The notes: generated by a model from the letters alone, not told the origin. 63,344 nt of DNA, filler included, from Octopus bimaculoides (GCF_001194135.2; 8 parts of 8 records of this genome joined end to end with filler, not necessarily neighbours in it); one strand, 5' to 3'. Counted from the whole stretch's first letter, positions 26,871 to 40,328 are shown. Translations and numbers: made by a program.

Positions 26871-28229
26871 ATTGAAAAATCGAATCGGGTAAGGATCCAA
26901 CTACATCAAACTAGATTTTATCCTACTACGTTTGTCTGTTCCGAATCTAATTTGTATTATTCATGTTCATACTTATTATAAGATCATTCCTAAACAAGAA
27001 AACCTATCCATCCGTATAGCCATGTTTTATCTAGAGTCTCATTATCTAATGTATCCTTAAAATTTTATTATATGACATCAGAATGATATGACAGTTATTT
27101 GTACCAACTTGAATGAACATGCAGAAATTTTATTCTTGGCTTGCCAGCTTTGGTTAATTTCCTTTAAAGTTACGGCTACTGTGTAGACTCTTAGGAACGA
27201 AGTTTTATATTTCAACATATTCTAATCATTAATTACTTGTAAGGAAACGGTATTTCGTTATGCAATCAAAATATACTACAAAGTATATTAAACGTCTCAT
27301 AAGTCAATACCGTGTTTTAGTGTGTTAGCAATGCTATTGCTTCAGTTGTTAAGGTCATCTTTACTGACTTACTTAAGAAATTAGAATACAGCGGTGTTTA
27401 ATATGTAAAATTGGTATATCCAATAACATTACACGGCTATATTTAGTGGAAAATTAAGCAATGATTTCCTGGATAATTAATGGTTTGGATGGCTGCTGAC
27501 GAAGGAGCAAACCTAGTGAAATATAGCATATTACCTATTTTTCATCTTCAAACACATTGTTGCTTACATTAGGCGTATTCGGATACGAAACGTCGAAGCA
27601 AACATAAGTGCTGGCTATAATTTTTATAGAAAATCTGTATAGATAACCTTAACCAAGCGACATTCTATCCAATATAAATAAAACCATGAAACGAATTACT
27701 TTTAGCTGTAAAATGAAATTAACATGACCTCACAGTTGCCTCGTTGAATTTCTGAACGTGAAGAGAATTTGTAATAGCGTTACGTGCGTAGTGTAGGCTT
27801 CATATTCAACAACTTGACTCCAAATCTAACAAAGACTCCAAATCTAACTTGAAGTCGGAGAAGTTATTCACAGCTTCGATACCGGAAGGGTACATTTAAA
27901 ATACGCCGAGCTCTGCTAAATGCACTCAAGTTGGTGTCGTGATGTTTAAATTCAATTCAAATGTTCTTGGCAACGCATGAGATAAATTTTACACAGACAG
28001 ATAGACAGACAGACAGACAGACACACACACACACACACACGCACACACACACACAAACACACATACACACACCCCCACACACACAAGATAAACGGTAGAG
28101 CAGCGGGAAAACTCGTGCATCATTCGCTCTCTGACATCCAATCCCGCCAGGGATTACTGTTCCTTTTACGCTAATGTTTTCAGTAGAATTAAGCCCAATT
28201 CTAGCATTGGCGACGGTATAATCAATTAC

Positions 28230-28255
28230 ATGGCATCCATAAAATTGGGGGACGT
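28230..28255 (-). CDS. Putative micro-exon 3 (26 nt, phase 1-0): (D)VPQFYGCH
   Basis: Acceptor ctaatcaataactaatgtatacag with ctaat branch-like motifs, donor CAT|gtaatt. Phases fit exons 2 and 4. Confidence 0.45.
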
Positions 28256-30554
28256 CTGTATACATTAGTTATTGATTAGTCAATTGCATCATTAGTATAA
28301 GTCGTACTGTATTGTTATGCATAATGTATTTCTATATTTAGGTCATCACCAGATGCATTTACGGAATACTAATTAGCGATCACACATTTTAGTAGCCGAC
28401 AACTTGTTTAGTCAGCCATTGCAATGTTTGTTTATGGGAAATTAAATTAGGCGTCAACTGAAAAGCTATTACAAAGATGTGAGAATCTTTTTGAACTTAA
28501 ATTTCGTTTAAAACATTTCTATAAAATTATGTGCTTACTCATCTATTCTTCTGACTTGTTCCCTATTAAAGTATGGAAGTGTAAATATACTTTAGGTGCT
28601 TCCTATAAAATGTACTCAGCAATAAAATTCTTCACGAACTTGTAATATTTGCAATGACCATACACATTTCCTTAACGTATTCCTGATGGAAAATAACTGT
28701 TTCTGTGAAACTGTTCGAATAATGGATATGATCTAAGCAGGCAGTTAATGCATTTTTTACAACACCAATTTTCTTTAAGTACTGAAGCGTGTAACCGTAG
28801 AAAATAAGGAAAAGCAGAAAAGGGGAAAAAAGACCAGGAAACGCCGTAATTGATGTTGATGCAAATGTTTTTATATCATTCGTTTGTCCAAAGGTTTATT
28901 CAAATATAATTAAATACCGGACTATTATTGACAGTTGATATTGTCCTTGGTGTTGTTTAAAAGATGCCAGTTCTGAATGAGTGGTCTACATACGGCTAAA
29001 AATCTGGCGTCAATGCGATTTATAAGAGATAAGACGAGCCGATTGGGTTATTACGAAGGGGAGTTTTATTGGCGTGGTATTACAAAAAGATGTTGTTAAT
29101 TGTGCTATTTAAAAAAAATATTTTTGTTCTACGTTAAACAGAACACTGATTAAATGCGTTCAGGCTATGTGTCCATTTTCGTATACCTAAAATTACACTG
29201 CCCAGGGCTTCCTTCGTTTATTATGAGATTAAAAGCTGATTTGAAAGAGATTTTGCTGATACATTTCCAGCAGTTGAATTACATCATAGATATCTCCACG
29301 TTGGTCTCGGTTTTAATGGTGTATGTGAATGTGGCAAACAATATTTTACAGATATTGGAAATCCATTTTTATAGACATTAGAAAGCATACTAGTTTCAAA
29401 AGTAGTATCTTTATTTTTTTAAAATTTTTGGCTACCTCCTTTCAGCATACAATCAATTATCAATACATATATGAATTAATTAATTTCGTTAGTGTGTAGT
29501 TGTTTGAACATGTATACGTGAGCATATTTAAGAATTTAATGGAAACTTATTAATTCATATACAAAATTACTAAACCATATGCAAACTTATTTATTCATAC
29601 GCAAACTTATTTATTCAAACATAAACGTATATTTTCACATATACTTTCACCTATTAATGGAGAAACATCGATATATTCATATATAGATTTCAGACTCTTT
29701 TGCTTCTACAAATATCTATAAAAAACTTTTCACTATAGTATCAAATTAATTTTATTGATTAATACATGGTTGATATTGTCCTTGAATAGATTTTTCATGA
29801 AATTTGAAACAATAGCTCAGTTGTTGTTGATTAGAATTATATATAACTGCTTCGTATATGGCTAATATACCTCTAGATTTATTGAGATCAATTTACACTC
29901 AGCAGCAATTTTCTACGCAGCCGATAATAGGAGGAATCAATTAAGTCCATAACATAAAAAAAAACTCATCCGTATTGGGTGTTGTGTTTACGTTTCACTT
30001 ATAATTCATTACCGTGTTTAATTTGGAAATATAATGCTCAGAGGATAAAGTAGAACATAGCTATGCCATTGTAACAGGACACTCACTCTATTTCTACGAA
30101 TTACACGATAACTTGTACAGCATTAGCTATTAATTAAATATTTACAACTGTTAGGTGACATTTTCACCAGGCGAATTTTCAGATGAGATATTCCTCGTTA
30201 CAATTAGACATGTATGAATACAATTCATTCTATATTAGTGACTCGCTACAAGAAAATGCGTTCTATGGATTGAGATCACAATTACAAGGTAGATGTTATC
30301 CTATACAAGCATGATATTTATTTCACCCATAAGTAAAAGTTGTACTCATATATTGAAACAATGCTATTATTCATTTATATATTATATTAACTTTGAAATT
30401 TAAAATATCAAGAAGTTATTTAATCGGTGTAGATGATGGTCTATGGGGATACACTGGAAGCAGAACCAAAGCATATAAATCTCTCAAACCTTACTTGAAA
30501 CGCAGTTAACAGTAAATTAGGCCACATAAATATGTGTCAAGGGTTGGGTTTCTG

Positions 30555-30800
30555 AACTAGAGGTTAGGATATTGCACTTATGATCACGTGATCGTGGTTT
30601 CAATTCCTGGACTAGTTGGTGGGTTGTGTTTTTGAGCAAAGCACTTCATCTCAGGTCATTCTGCGGTACATTCCACACCTGACGTTTGGAGTGCCGTGCA
30701 TATGTTCCGAAATCTTCAATTTGATGGATGAAGTGAGTTAATGTGCAGCACAAATATTACATAACTATAAACAAATCACTTTGTAGATGGTTTTGCAAGA
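30555..30800 (+). mobile_element. S4 SINE
   Basis: GGTTAGG…GGTTTCAATTCCTGGAC…TTGAGCAAAGCACTTCAT. Confidence 0.7.
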
Positions 30801-30899
30801 AATCGCAGAACCATCTTTCTCAAATTACGGGAGACTATACATATATGCTTATGTATGTATGTATGTATGTATGTATGTATGTGTGTGTGAGTGTGTGTG

Positions 30900-31275
30900 T
30901 TCCGCTTTGAATGCTGCTATTCCATTCCCCACACTGTAAAGATCCCATCACAGAAGATCGAAGATCTTGGTTTGGAAAAAATTCCTCATCCACCTTACTC
31001 TCCCTAATTCCTCCTTCAGACTACCATTTGTTTCGTAGTTTACAGAATCATTTTGGGGACATAATTGTCGCAAGCCAGGAGGAGGTCGAAACTCATATTT
31101 CAGAGTTCTTCGCTTTGAAACCAAAAGAGTTTTACATTGATGGGATTAAAAAGGTTGAAAATAGATGGAAGGAAGTCATAGATAATCAGGGAAAGTACAT
31201 TGATGATTAAACTTCAATTAAATATAACATTTGATCACTTGTTTTCTTTATTCAAAATTCGAACAGAACAAGTGT
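30900..31275 (+). mobile_element. Mariner transposase C-terminal fragment
   Basis: PPSDYHLFRSLQNHF…FFALKPKEFYIDGIKKVENRWKEVIDNQGKYIDD*, a mariner C-terminus. Confidence 0.85.
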
Positions 31276-31334
31276 TCTATGGTTCTCTTCTTTGCTTGTG
31301 TGTGTGTGTATGTGGGGGGGGGGTCTTCCTCATT

Positions 31335-32030
31335 TGGGCCTAATGGCGCAAAATCTACTCAAGTTATGATTATCCAAGTAATCATTGTCATAGCTTGATC
31401 TTTGCAGGATACCCAGTTCTCTTACAATTACCTCACGAAAATGTATTTCATTGTCGCTGATTACCACCACACATTTCTCTACAGCAAAATCTACATCAAT
31501 AGACGGATAGAATATTATTACGTCCATATTAGCCACCGCACAACTTGTACGTTGGTCAGAGCGGCTACATTCACTGATCATGCTGAGGACTTCTTCAGTG
31601 CCCACACAGTCGTCCGGGAACACTTCAATGAGCGGTTGCATTCTCTAACTCTAGAACAGGAAGTAGGACGGCCTATAGTTGGGACAGAGCAGGAACCGGA
31701 ACTGTGAAGGACTTGTAGTTCTTCCTCATCCCAGAAAGAGTAGGAATATCGTTATTATTCGTTTTGTGCAGTCCGTTTTTTAGGTTGGAGTCTGTTGCAC
31801 CACATTCCTATCAATGCGTTCAGAAGATTCTCTACTTTAATGTTATGGATGTGTTGCTGTATAGTCTGGATGAACTTCGGTAAACTGTCTACCGATGTTC
31901 TGCAGGACTTGTCTGTAAGAAAGAATAGTATTTCGTTGTTTCTAACGCCTTCTTTTAATTTTTGTAGGCCTTTAGCGACTGCTGTACCACTTTCGTAAAC
32001 CTCCATTTGAGTATGCTTCCTAGTGGTCTG
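31335..32030 (-). mobile_element. Penelope-like RT fragment
   Basis: TDKSCRTSVDS, and TEEVLSMI…NMDVIIFYPSIDVDFAVEKC resembling the PLE RT motif (S)MDV.ALYPSI. Confidence 0.65.
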
Positions 32031-32520
32031 ATATAGATTTTGGTTTGCAGAAATACGGAAGAAAACTTTGGTAGTCTACAATTTCTCATGATTTAACACA
32101 ACAAAATAGTATCTTTAAATTAGCGTAATAATACAGCAGAAATCTACGTCTATCTAGTAAAATACATCGGGTAGACTGTCACCACACGTCATCGTCACGA
32201 ACCAAAACTAATTTTCAAATTGAATACGATCACTTCCCACGGCACTAAGTGCAAGTAAGTTTCCTATAATCTTGCACCCATAATAAAATATAGTCGTTCA
32301 CACACTCACACAATAGCTCCCTCCCGCTCAACCGCTCATGCACATTCGCTCTAATGAACGTATACACTTTCAGACTCTGCCTAGCTAATATACATCACAA
32401 ATATGTCCACATACACGGAGACAGCAAAACATTCACACGCACCAATTCTGCTGCAATTTAACATATCTGAATTTTTCGCACGTCATTTGTCTCCAGTCTC
32501 TTTGAATCAGAATCTACATT

Positions 32521-32955
32521 GAAGCGGTGAGCTGGCACAAACGTTAGCACACCGGGCGAAATGCTTAGCGGTATTTCGTCTGCCGCTACGTTCTGGGTTC
32601 AAATTCTGCAGGGGTCGACTTTGCCTTTCATCCCTTCGGGGTCTATAAACTAAGTACCAGTTATGCACTGCGGTCGATGTAATCGAATTAACCCCTTTGT
32701 CTGTCCTTGTTTGTCCCCTCTATGTTTAGCCCCTTGTGGGCAATAAAGAAATAAGAAACGTTAGCACGCCGGGCGAAATGCTTAGCGGTATTTCATCTGT
32801 CTTTACGTTCTGAGTTCAAATTCCACCGAGGTCGGCTTTGCCTTTCATCCTTTCGGGGTCGATTAAATAAGTACCAGTTACGTACTGGGGTCGATATAAT
32901 CCGTTTGCTTGTCCCCCCTGCGTGTAGCCCCTTGCGGGCAGTAAAGAAATAAGAA
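32521..32955 (+). mobile_element. Head-to-tail dimer of S1 SINE with LINE-like 3' tail
   Basis: Two units, each ending TAGCCCCTTG(T/C)GGGCA(A/G)TAAAGAAATAAGAA. The second restarts at AAACGTTAGCAC. Confidence 0.9.
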
Positions 32956-33064
32956 TCTACATTTAAACAACCTACTTCTCTTGGCTTCCATAATTTTTAA
33001 ATATTACCGGAAAACCGATAAAGTTGAACAAAAATACAAGAAACTCTGTATCTTAATCCACAGT

Positions 33065-33314
33065 AAAGTTTCTGTGGTGGAGGCGCAATGGCCCAGTGGT
33101 TAGGGCAGCGGACTCGCAGTCATAGAATCGTGCTTTCGATTCCCAGACCGGGCGTTGTGAGTGTTTATTGAGCGAAAACACCTAAAGCTCCACGAACCCT
33201 GCTGTACTCTTTCACAACAACCTTCTCTCACTCTTACTTCCTGTTTCTGTTGTACCTGTATTTAAAAGGACCAGCCTTGTCACACCCTGTGTCACGCTGA
33301 ATCTCCCCGAGAGC
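33065..33314 (+). mobile_element. tRNA-derived SINE
   Basis: GGAGGCGCAATGGCCCAGTGGTTAGGGCAGCGGACTCGC…TTCGATTCCC, with A- and B-box-like motifs. Confidence 0.8.
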
Positions 33315-33414
33315 NNNNNNNNNNNNNNNNNNNNNNNNNNNNNNNNNNNNNNNNNNNNTTAATTAATTAANNNNNNNNNNNNNNNNNNNNNNNNNNNNNN
33401 NNNNNNNNNNNNNN

Positions 33415-36400
33415 AAAGAAGACAGACTCATCACCAAAAAGTCCAAGGAAGAAAAGAAAGGCAAGTGGAGAGGAGAAGCAGAGTGAAAAACAAGAAAGTA
33501 CAAATGAGAAGAGAAAAAAATGAAAAGACAACAAAAGTAAGTGAGGAGCGAACGCAGAGACCATCGACCAGTAAGGCGGAAAGAATACAGAAGAGAAAGG
33601 AAAATGAAAAAGAGATGATAGCAACACAGAATGAGAGACAGACAGAGACAGAAATGCCAGTGGCAGAGGAGGGGATTGGTGAGGGGAGAAGGAGAGTGAC
33701 ACCGAAAGAGAGGAACCTGAGAACAATGGTGCAATACCCAAAAAGTGTAGAGATGGAGAAGAGAATTGCCGAGATGAACGTTGTAAGAGTGATATTAGCG
33801 GCTAAAGAGTGTAACGAAGGTTTTAAAGCTGTTTTGTTGGGAAAAGAAAGAAGAGAGAAACCGAAGGAGTTTTTTGGCGAAAGAATAGAGATGACAGGAA
33901 TACATATTGGCTACGACGAATTGACGCCGGTGGTGGCCTTCGAAGAGTTAATAGAGTATATGTTATAAACCAACAGATACAAAACCGATATGAACTTTTC
34001 AGTTAAAAACAGTAAAATGGAACTACCTGCTTTGGGCGGGCAGGTAAGCCATTTCATTCTCATTTTCATTATATCCATAATTCATTCGATATGTGTTTCT
34101 ATGCACCCCAATGTATTGTTTTGTCTGTTTTGTGTTGTCCCTTCTCTATTGAGGCCTTGTGCCTAATCAAAGAAATAAGGACGCCGGCGCCGCCTCAGGT
34201 TGTTGGTGTTGCAGAGTATCAACTTGTTTGAGTCTTGTCATTTTTGACCGCGGTTGGATCGTTGAAGGCTTTCTCTTTGAGACTGTCCGTTGTNNNNNNN
34301 NNNAGAAAGGCGTGTTCTGGTGAATGAGGAGAGGTACGAGGTGTTCATGGATTCGTGTGGTGAATTGGTGAGTATGGTTGGCGGGCTGTGGTTGCCTGGT
34401 GCTCTGCCGCCCGTAGTGGAATATGAAGAGTTGAGAAAACTGCAGATATGATATAATATATGATATGAACATTATAAAAAAGAAGTAATGAAGGTGTGAA
34501 CTTTTTGTTTTTAAAAGAACAAAAACAAAAAAGAGTTTAAAACTACCCAAAATAATGTCTAAATGTAACCACTCGACTTCGGAGGTCGAATGGGTATTGT
34601 GCCTCATTTTATCATTTTCATAATTTCATTCGTTTATTTTTATTTTTTCTTCCCTCGATTTTTTTTGTATTTTTATTTCCCCGTTTATGTGTTTTGTATT
34701 GTCTTTGTAATGTGTAACTTCTATATTTAGCCCCTTGTGGGCAATAAAAAATCGAGTTTGTTAGTAAGTTATTCTACTGGTTTTTTTTCATAATGTTAAG
34801 ACGTGTTGAATTTTTGTGTTGAAATTTTGTGTTGTAATTTTGTGTTAGTGTTCGTTTGAACACTTTTATGAACTGTTTTTGTTGCTTTGTGGCAGCTTGC
34901 TTGTGCTTTCCCTCCTCTTATGAGGAGAGTTAGCACAATGAGAAAAAAAAATTTTTACTCAGACCTCAGCGGTTTTGAGTTGTCTTCTTCTGAAGACGAA
35001 TTGTTGCAGGCTATTGAAAAAATGGACGAGAGAGTGAAAGAAGACAAAGTTTACAGACGTGGCAAGACGCCAAGAAGATGACATAGACATGGAAAAAATT
35101 GCTAACTATAAGAAAATGATGGGTAAGGACGATTCTAATGTGGAATTGCCCCCCACCCCGCATGAAACATTGAAAAACATAAGAGAGAGAACGATGACGT
35201 ACCTTTTCGATAAAATCAGGCAAAATTGACATTGTAACTACAGGGCAAGTTGAAAAAGCACTTAGCCCAATTTGGCAAGATATTGTATACATTGCAAGAG
35301 GAGCAAAATTCGGAATAGTAGAAGGAAGGTTCAAAAACAAGAAAATTGCTAAGAAGTATGCAGCGAGAACTATCAGGGATGAAGAAATAGTGCTTCTACC
35401 CACTTACATGGGACGTCGTGCGTCAAAGGTCAGAGTTGAAGGAATTCCATCAGAGATAGATGTGGCTTGGATAGTGGCCGCTTGGAAAAAGAGGACGACA
35501 TAACGGTTCTCCGGGCCACAAAAACGCCTAGCGAAATGTGGAGAGGACAAACGCTTCAGATGACAATCCAAGCCTCTGCGGATGTCCTGGAAAATATGAT
35601 AGAGGATGCGGTGTCGAGATGTGGCTTTTTGCCGCTTTCGAAGACATGAAGAGGATCCCTAACCAAGTGGAGATTGCGGGAGAGGGTTCCCTTAAAGTGG
35701 TTGTTGGGGGTCGTTGACCGAATTGTTGCGAATGCGAAGTGAGAGGCCATATGAGGACTCTGTGCTCCGGGTACGGGCCTGCTCGGAATGAGAGGACTGG
35801 AGGGAGACCAGGAAGTGGAGGGTTGAGTACAAGTTGGAGCAGTGAGGGACGGAGATGGCAGGAGCAATGGTGTGTGCGTCGGAGATGAGAGGAGGTGGGG
35901 ACGAGGGAGGACGGAGGTGGAGAGGTGGGGGAAGGGGAGTGACAGTTTGTCAGCCCCAGAGGGATAGGGAAGGCGGGGTCGGGAGAGCACTCATAGGGAC
36001 CGGCGGAGGGGGAACCCAACGGGAGTGGGGAGCCGCCTAAACCTGGGCATGCGCATGCAGTGGCGGCAGAGTCAGGAGAGGGGAAGTTGGACGTGGGACG
36101 AAGTAGTAATGAGAGTGAGGGTGTAGGGCAGAATTCCTCGATGCTTTAAATGTGGCCTAAAGGGTCACATCAGAGCGGACTTCCCTTCACCGACCAAGGG
36201 AACCCAGAGAAACAGCGAAAGCGAAGGAGGATTTACCATCAGAAGAAATGAAGGAGAATGACGAGACGTTAAAAACAGTGGAAAGTAGGAACAAAACGAA
36301 AAAGCAACCCCAACCCACACCCGCACCCACACCTCAGCCCCACTCTCCCTCACAGACACCAATCCTACTCGCTCCCCTCCAACACAAAAACAAACAAAAA

Positions 36401-36915
36401 AAAAGGAAAACATTAGCACACAAGAACCCCCGAACTCCCTTTTCCCAGACAAAAAGAAAAAATGCACAGTTTTAATGTATGATGATGCGAATGAGGATTT
36501 TTTGTTGAGGCAGTGTCTTAGGAAGATTATAAAAAGGTGGAAACAACGGGATTCAATAACATTAAGGGTTGGAATCTTTGTTACTTTCAGAAGAACAAAG
36601 AAAGAAAGTATTAAACTATAAAAGTGGATATAGAATGTGGGAAATGGAAGTAGATAGGAATTTACTGCCAGACTGGGAGGGTTATGATGAGCTGTTGGAA
36701 GAATACGGGATAGACATTTTGGAGGGAACAGGGTACAGAAGGAGTTAAAGGTAGAAATGAAGTTGTTCGAGGTGGGGCCGAGTAGCTTCATTATATTTTT
36801 TCGTTTTCATTTGTCATTTCATGTTTCTCATAGTGTCCTATTTTCCCCCCCTGATTTGTGTCCCCACATGTGATGTAGTGTCCCCTCTGTATTCGCCCCT
36901 TGGTGGGCAATAAAA
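33415..36915 (+). mobile_element. Tandem array of Tx1/L1-like ORF1-only non-LTR units
   Basis: 35090-35770 encodes …LLPTYMGRRASKVRVEGIP… and a CX2CX4HX4C knuckle (CCECEVRGHMRTLC). A second knuckle remnant CFKCGLKGHIRADF is at ~36140. Related C-termini (PVVAFEEL, PVVEYEEL, GYDEL). Three related 3' tails at ~34175, ~34745 and ~36910. Confidence 0.65.
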
Positions 36916-36917
36916 AG

Positions 36918-36975
36918 ATTAGGACGCTGGTGTTGCCTTGGCTGAGGTTTCTGCTCTCTGAGTGCTCTTGTTTAC
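36918..36975 (+). mobile_element. 3' end of a DINE-1/HINE-like (Helentron-associated) element
   Basis: GCCTTGGCTGAGGTTTCTGCTCTCTGAGTGCTCTTG shares CTGAGTGCTCTTG with 45960 and has the subTIR-plus-hairpin layout. Confidence 0.5.
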
Positions 36976-37089
36976 ATATATTGTTGAAAAAAATAATTAG
37001 ATTAAACCAATTCAATAATACATCATGAGCTTCCATAAAATTGTTGAGAAAAATTGGTTAAAGTCATACAATTACTAGGAAGGTAACAA

Positions 37090-37660
37090 AGTTCATATTA
37101 GGAACCGTTATTTCAAATGTGATGTACGAAGACCCTTCGGTTATATTAAGATATCTACCATTAAACAAATGAGTCAATTCTTAGACGCTGAAATTTCTGT
37201 AAGCATTGACAAGCAAGTAGTTGAAAGATAGAAAAACAATAATGCTATTTCTCAGTTCAGTTTGACGCGCCGACATTTGTCCCGTAAAAACACTCTTCTC
37301 ATGACCTATGTGCGTTATTTTTAATGATGACTAAAAATCGAAAGTTATTATAATTTCTAAAATACTTAGAAGTCCTCACTGCGGGAGAATCCGTTTTTAA
37401 TGCTTTAAGCTCCTGGTTTGATGAAAATAAAGTTTCATTAGAAAATTTAATATCAATTGCAACTGACTACCTCAGTGGTCGAAAGGCATAAAGGCCTCGT
37501 GGCACATTTGTAAAAAGTGTCATGGAATCGTTGCAATACATTGCATTGTTCACAGACGAAATCTTGTTGCAAAATAACGAGTCTGATTCTACACTGTTCA
37601 AAATATGAATAAAATTAAATCACGTAGCCTCTTCTATGCTCTTCTAATCGATTTATTACA
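37090..37660 (+). mobile_element. Decayed hAT (Buster/Charlie-type) transposase fragment
   Basis: Remnants of LLMTYVRY, TAGESVFNAL, LISIATD, IHCIVHRRNLVAK and NKIKSRSL. Confidence 0.75.
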
Positions 37661-37719
37661 TCCTCCAGCTTTGTTAAAGCAAACATGTTTAATTTTCTTT
37701 AATGAGACTCATTGTATGT

Positions 37720-38820
37720 TGTTGATGATAGAAGGGGTGGGTATCCTATGCCTAATGTTCGTTAGCTTTGCTCTTCGAGGAGCGAGGCGAGTTTTTCAGC
37801 CATCCTCGAAACAAGGACTAGTTGTTTTCTGAAAACGGCAGTTTATAGGTTCTGCTATTTTGTTGCTCATTCTATTTCAGTCCTCTGCCTCCCTTCTCTG
37901 TTTTCCCAGCACCACAGGGAAGAAAATCCTCGAGTAGGTCTTATTGACACGTATGCAACAGCTGGTGTTTCAGCTCTGAACCACCAGTAGCGTTGGTAGG
38001 GGTAGGACGAGATGGAGTGGCGTGCAGTCCGCCTCGGGTGATGCTTCTGAGGGTGATGCTCTTTTGGGTCTGCTGTATAAGCCTGTATAGGGGCGAGGAG
38101 CGACTAACTCAAGGGCTGCCCCAGCAGTACACACTTTAGCTTCGTCACTGCTGAACTCCACCGTCTTCGGAGCTCATCACGAACTGTATGTCCACATAGA
38201 CTCCATCCAACCACGTCGATTTTTGTTATCTCGGCGCACACCACCAACCTAAACTGTGTCGCAAATGTAACGACGAGCTAATGGCTAATACAAATTGCCA
38301 ATATCTCTGTCTCAGACTCTTGAGTTCCGTTGTTCTATATATTACTACATGAGTCTGTGATACCAAGCCAGCCTGTTACCTCGCCTTGTCTTCTACCGTA
38401 AGGAATCAAACATAATTCTATAAGGTCTCCCTCGATCACTGGAAACTACAATATTCCATATACCCGACAAGGTTCTTTCTAGTGGTCCTTTGACGTCTTG
38501 CTGAAAGTCCCTACATATTTTTAATTGGTATAAGTGTGTAACGCTTCTCCTTGCTCTTTCTGTAATAGAATCATCAAACAAGAAGGATGAATATTTTGTA
38601 ATATACATATTATACATCCTTTTCTTTCCGCTGAGAATCAACCCACATTCAGAATTTATAAATAAAAGTAACGTTGGCAAAAAATATGCTTCTTTTTTCC
38701 AAAAAAATTTTTTAGTCAGGAGAAGGAGTGTCTGTGACCCTTCACAGAGCTTCTGAGACTGGTGGAAATGACAGGGGAAAGTGTCCTCTGATAGGAGACC
38801 TTGCCCAAATATTTTCAACA
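37720..38820 (-). mobile_element. Possible decayed Ty3/Gypsy pieces (integrase-like, short LTR-like, gag-like)
   Basis: 38393-38818 has FFW…SECGL…DVKGPLERTLSG..IVV..D, resembling the zinc finger and start of rve. TGTAGT…GTTACA at ~38348-38267 is followed by TTTGCGAC. Confidence 0.35.
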
Positions 38821-39407
38821 GAGTGGACTGCGTAACTAATTTGTCGGATTTAATTAAACAAATTATTGAAATGCTAATTAAATATTTCTATTCTAAGTAT
38901 AACATTCATAACCAGTGAAGATGTATGCTTGTTGACATTGAATATGTGTTTGTTCATTGTTTTCTTCTTCTTTCTTTTCAAGCATAAAAAAGAATTTTTG
39001 TATAAAAGTTACATAGATTGTGTAATAAAAGTATATTTCATATGCACAAATAATAGTTAAGCAGTATCGATTTCAGCTTTCGCTATGTAGACCTTATAGT
39101 GCAAATAATCGACTTTTTATTTAGAATAAATAAATAAATTTAACAAGTAAATAGTTAAATGTACAATGTAAAAAAATACAGAACTTCAAGTATTTATTTT
39201 TTCTACACATGAATGCTATAGAGTTGTCCGACTCCGATCTAGAGTATTCTTCAACGAATGAGAAGTCATACAGACTTAATAAAAAGAGAAAGAATGGATA
39301 TATTGATGCTCATGTATTTTTTAAAGTTATTATTGACACGTGAAAAGGAGATGACAGCTTTATGAATTGAAAGTGAGTCGCTGATCTCTGTTCGCCAGGG
39401 ATTTTAC

Positions 39408-39416
39408 CTAATAGTG
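39408..39416 (-). CDS. Putative micro-exon 2 (9 nt, phase 1-1): (A)LL
   Basis: T10-AG acceptor, CACTATTAG, donor AG|gtaaaat. Links ATG-G to exon 3 in frame. Confidence 0.45.
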   Translation of the reverse strand, partial: HY

Positions 39417-40328
39417 CTAAAAAAAAAAGTGTCTTCAAGCGGTGGCGATTGAAATAGATTTCATCACGTTGAGCCAGTAATATCTTTTCCACATTAGCTT
39501 TGATAGGTCTTCAATTTCAAGTTGTGTACACAGCAATAGCTACTACCATCAAATATACAAGCTTGAAATAACTGTCCCATTCTGACGAAAACAAATTGAG
39601 TGCAATGTTAACGGAAAATTGTTGAAATAAAGAATCAGTATTAAGGTTTCGATAATGATGCTTTTATAATGGCAATGGTGGTAAGCGCTGTTCCTTCTAA
39701 TATTTTTACTGTGGATGTGTGCAGAAATTTGCTTTTCTTTGCAAAATATATGCACAAAAATGACAGTAACCAGCTTCAATTAAAGATATTCGATTTCATC
39801 TTGAAAACCCTTGTGCACATATTTTTTTCTTTGTACACTAGGTAAACATTGGTGATAATACAAGAAAGGGTGAAGCTGTGTGGGAGGAGGAGAAAAGATC
39901 CTTCTACGCGAGTGTTAGCAAACCTAAAGATTCTGCAACTTTCATCACTGAAGTCTGAGCTACTACGAATACACTCTTGGAAGTAAATAGAGTTTATTAT
40001 AAGTCAGTTATTTTGATAAATGAATTTGTATCAACAAAGTACCTGCAATTTGAGTAAATATGCCTTTTTATGTCAGTGAAAACCAGTCTTATTCCCAAAA
40101 AACGCTTTACAGAAAGTTGTATTATCTCTTACGTAGTGGAGTAATCATCCAATAAGAAAGCTTAATTTACTATGACGTAATTTAGTTGTAACTTTTCTAT
40201 GAATTCATTCGGATTTCGTATGTTGGTTGGAGGATGTATAAAGGTTTTCGAAAGAGGATCGTTAGCATAAAAGTGCTTCCCTCATAAAATGCTGTTCTCC
40301 CAACATTTGTCAAACCAAATTTAATCTG

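Noticed and set aside
28539-28562. 24-nt exon-like segment (EQVRRID), minus strand
   Set aside because: Open only in phase 2. In the required phase 1 it contains TAG. Cannot be told from chance.
33065-33150. tRNA-like heads of SINEs as real tRNA genes
   Set aside because: They run into SINE bodies and lack complete cloverleaves and terminators.
34176-36935. Similar GACGCYGGYGYYGCCT downstream of two Tx1-like tails, a possible fixed target site
   Set aside because: Only two short matches, and one overlaps a HINE-like end. Insufficient evidence.
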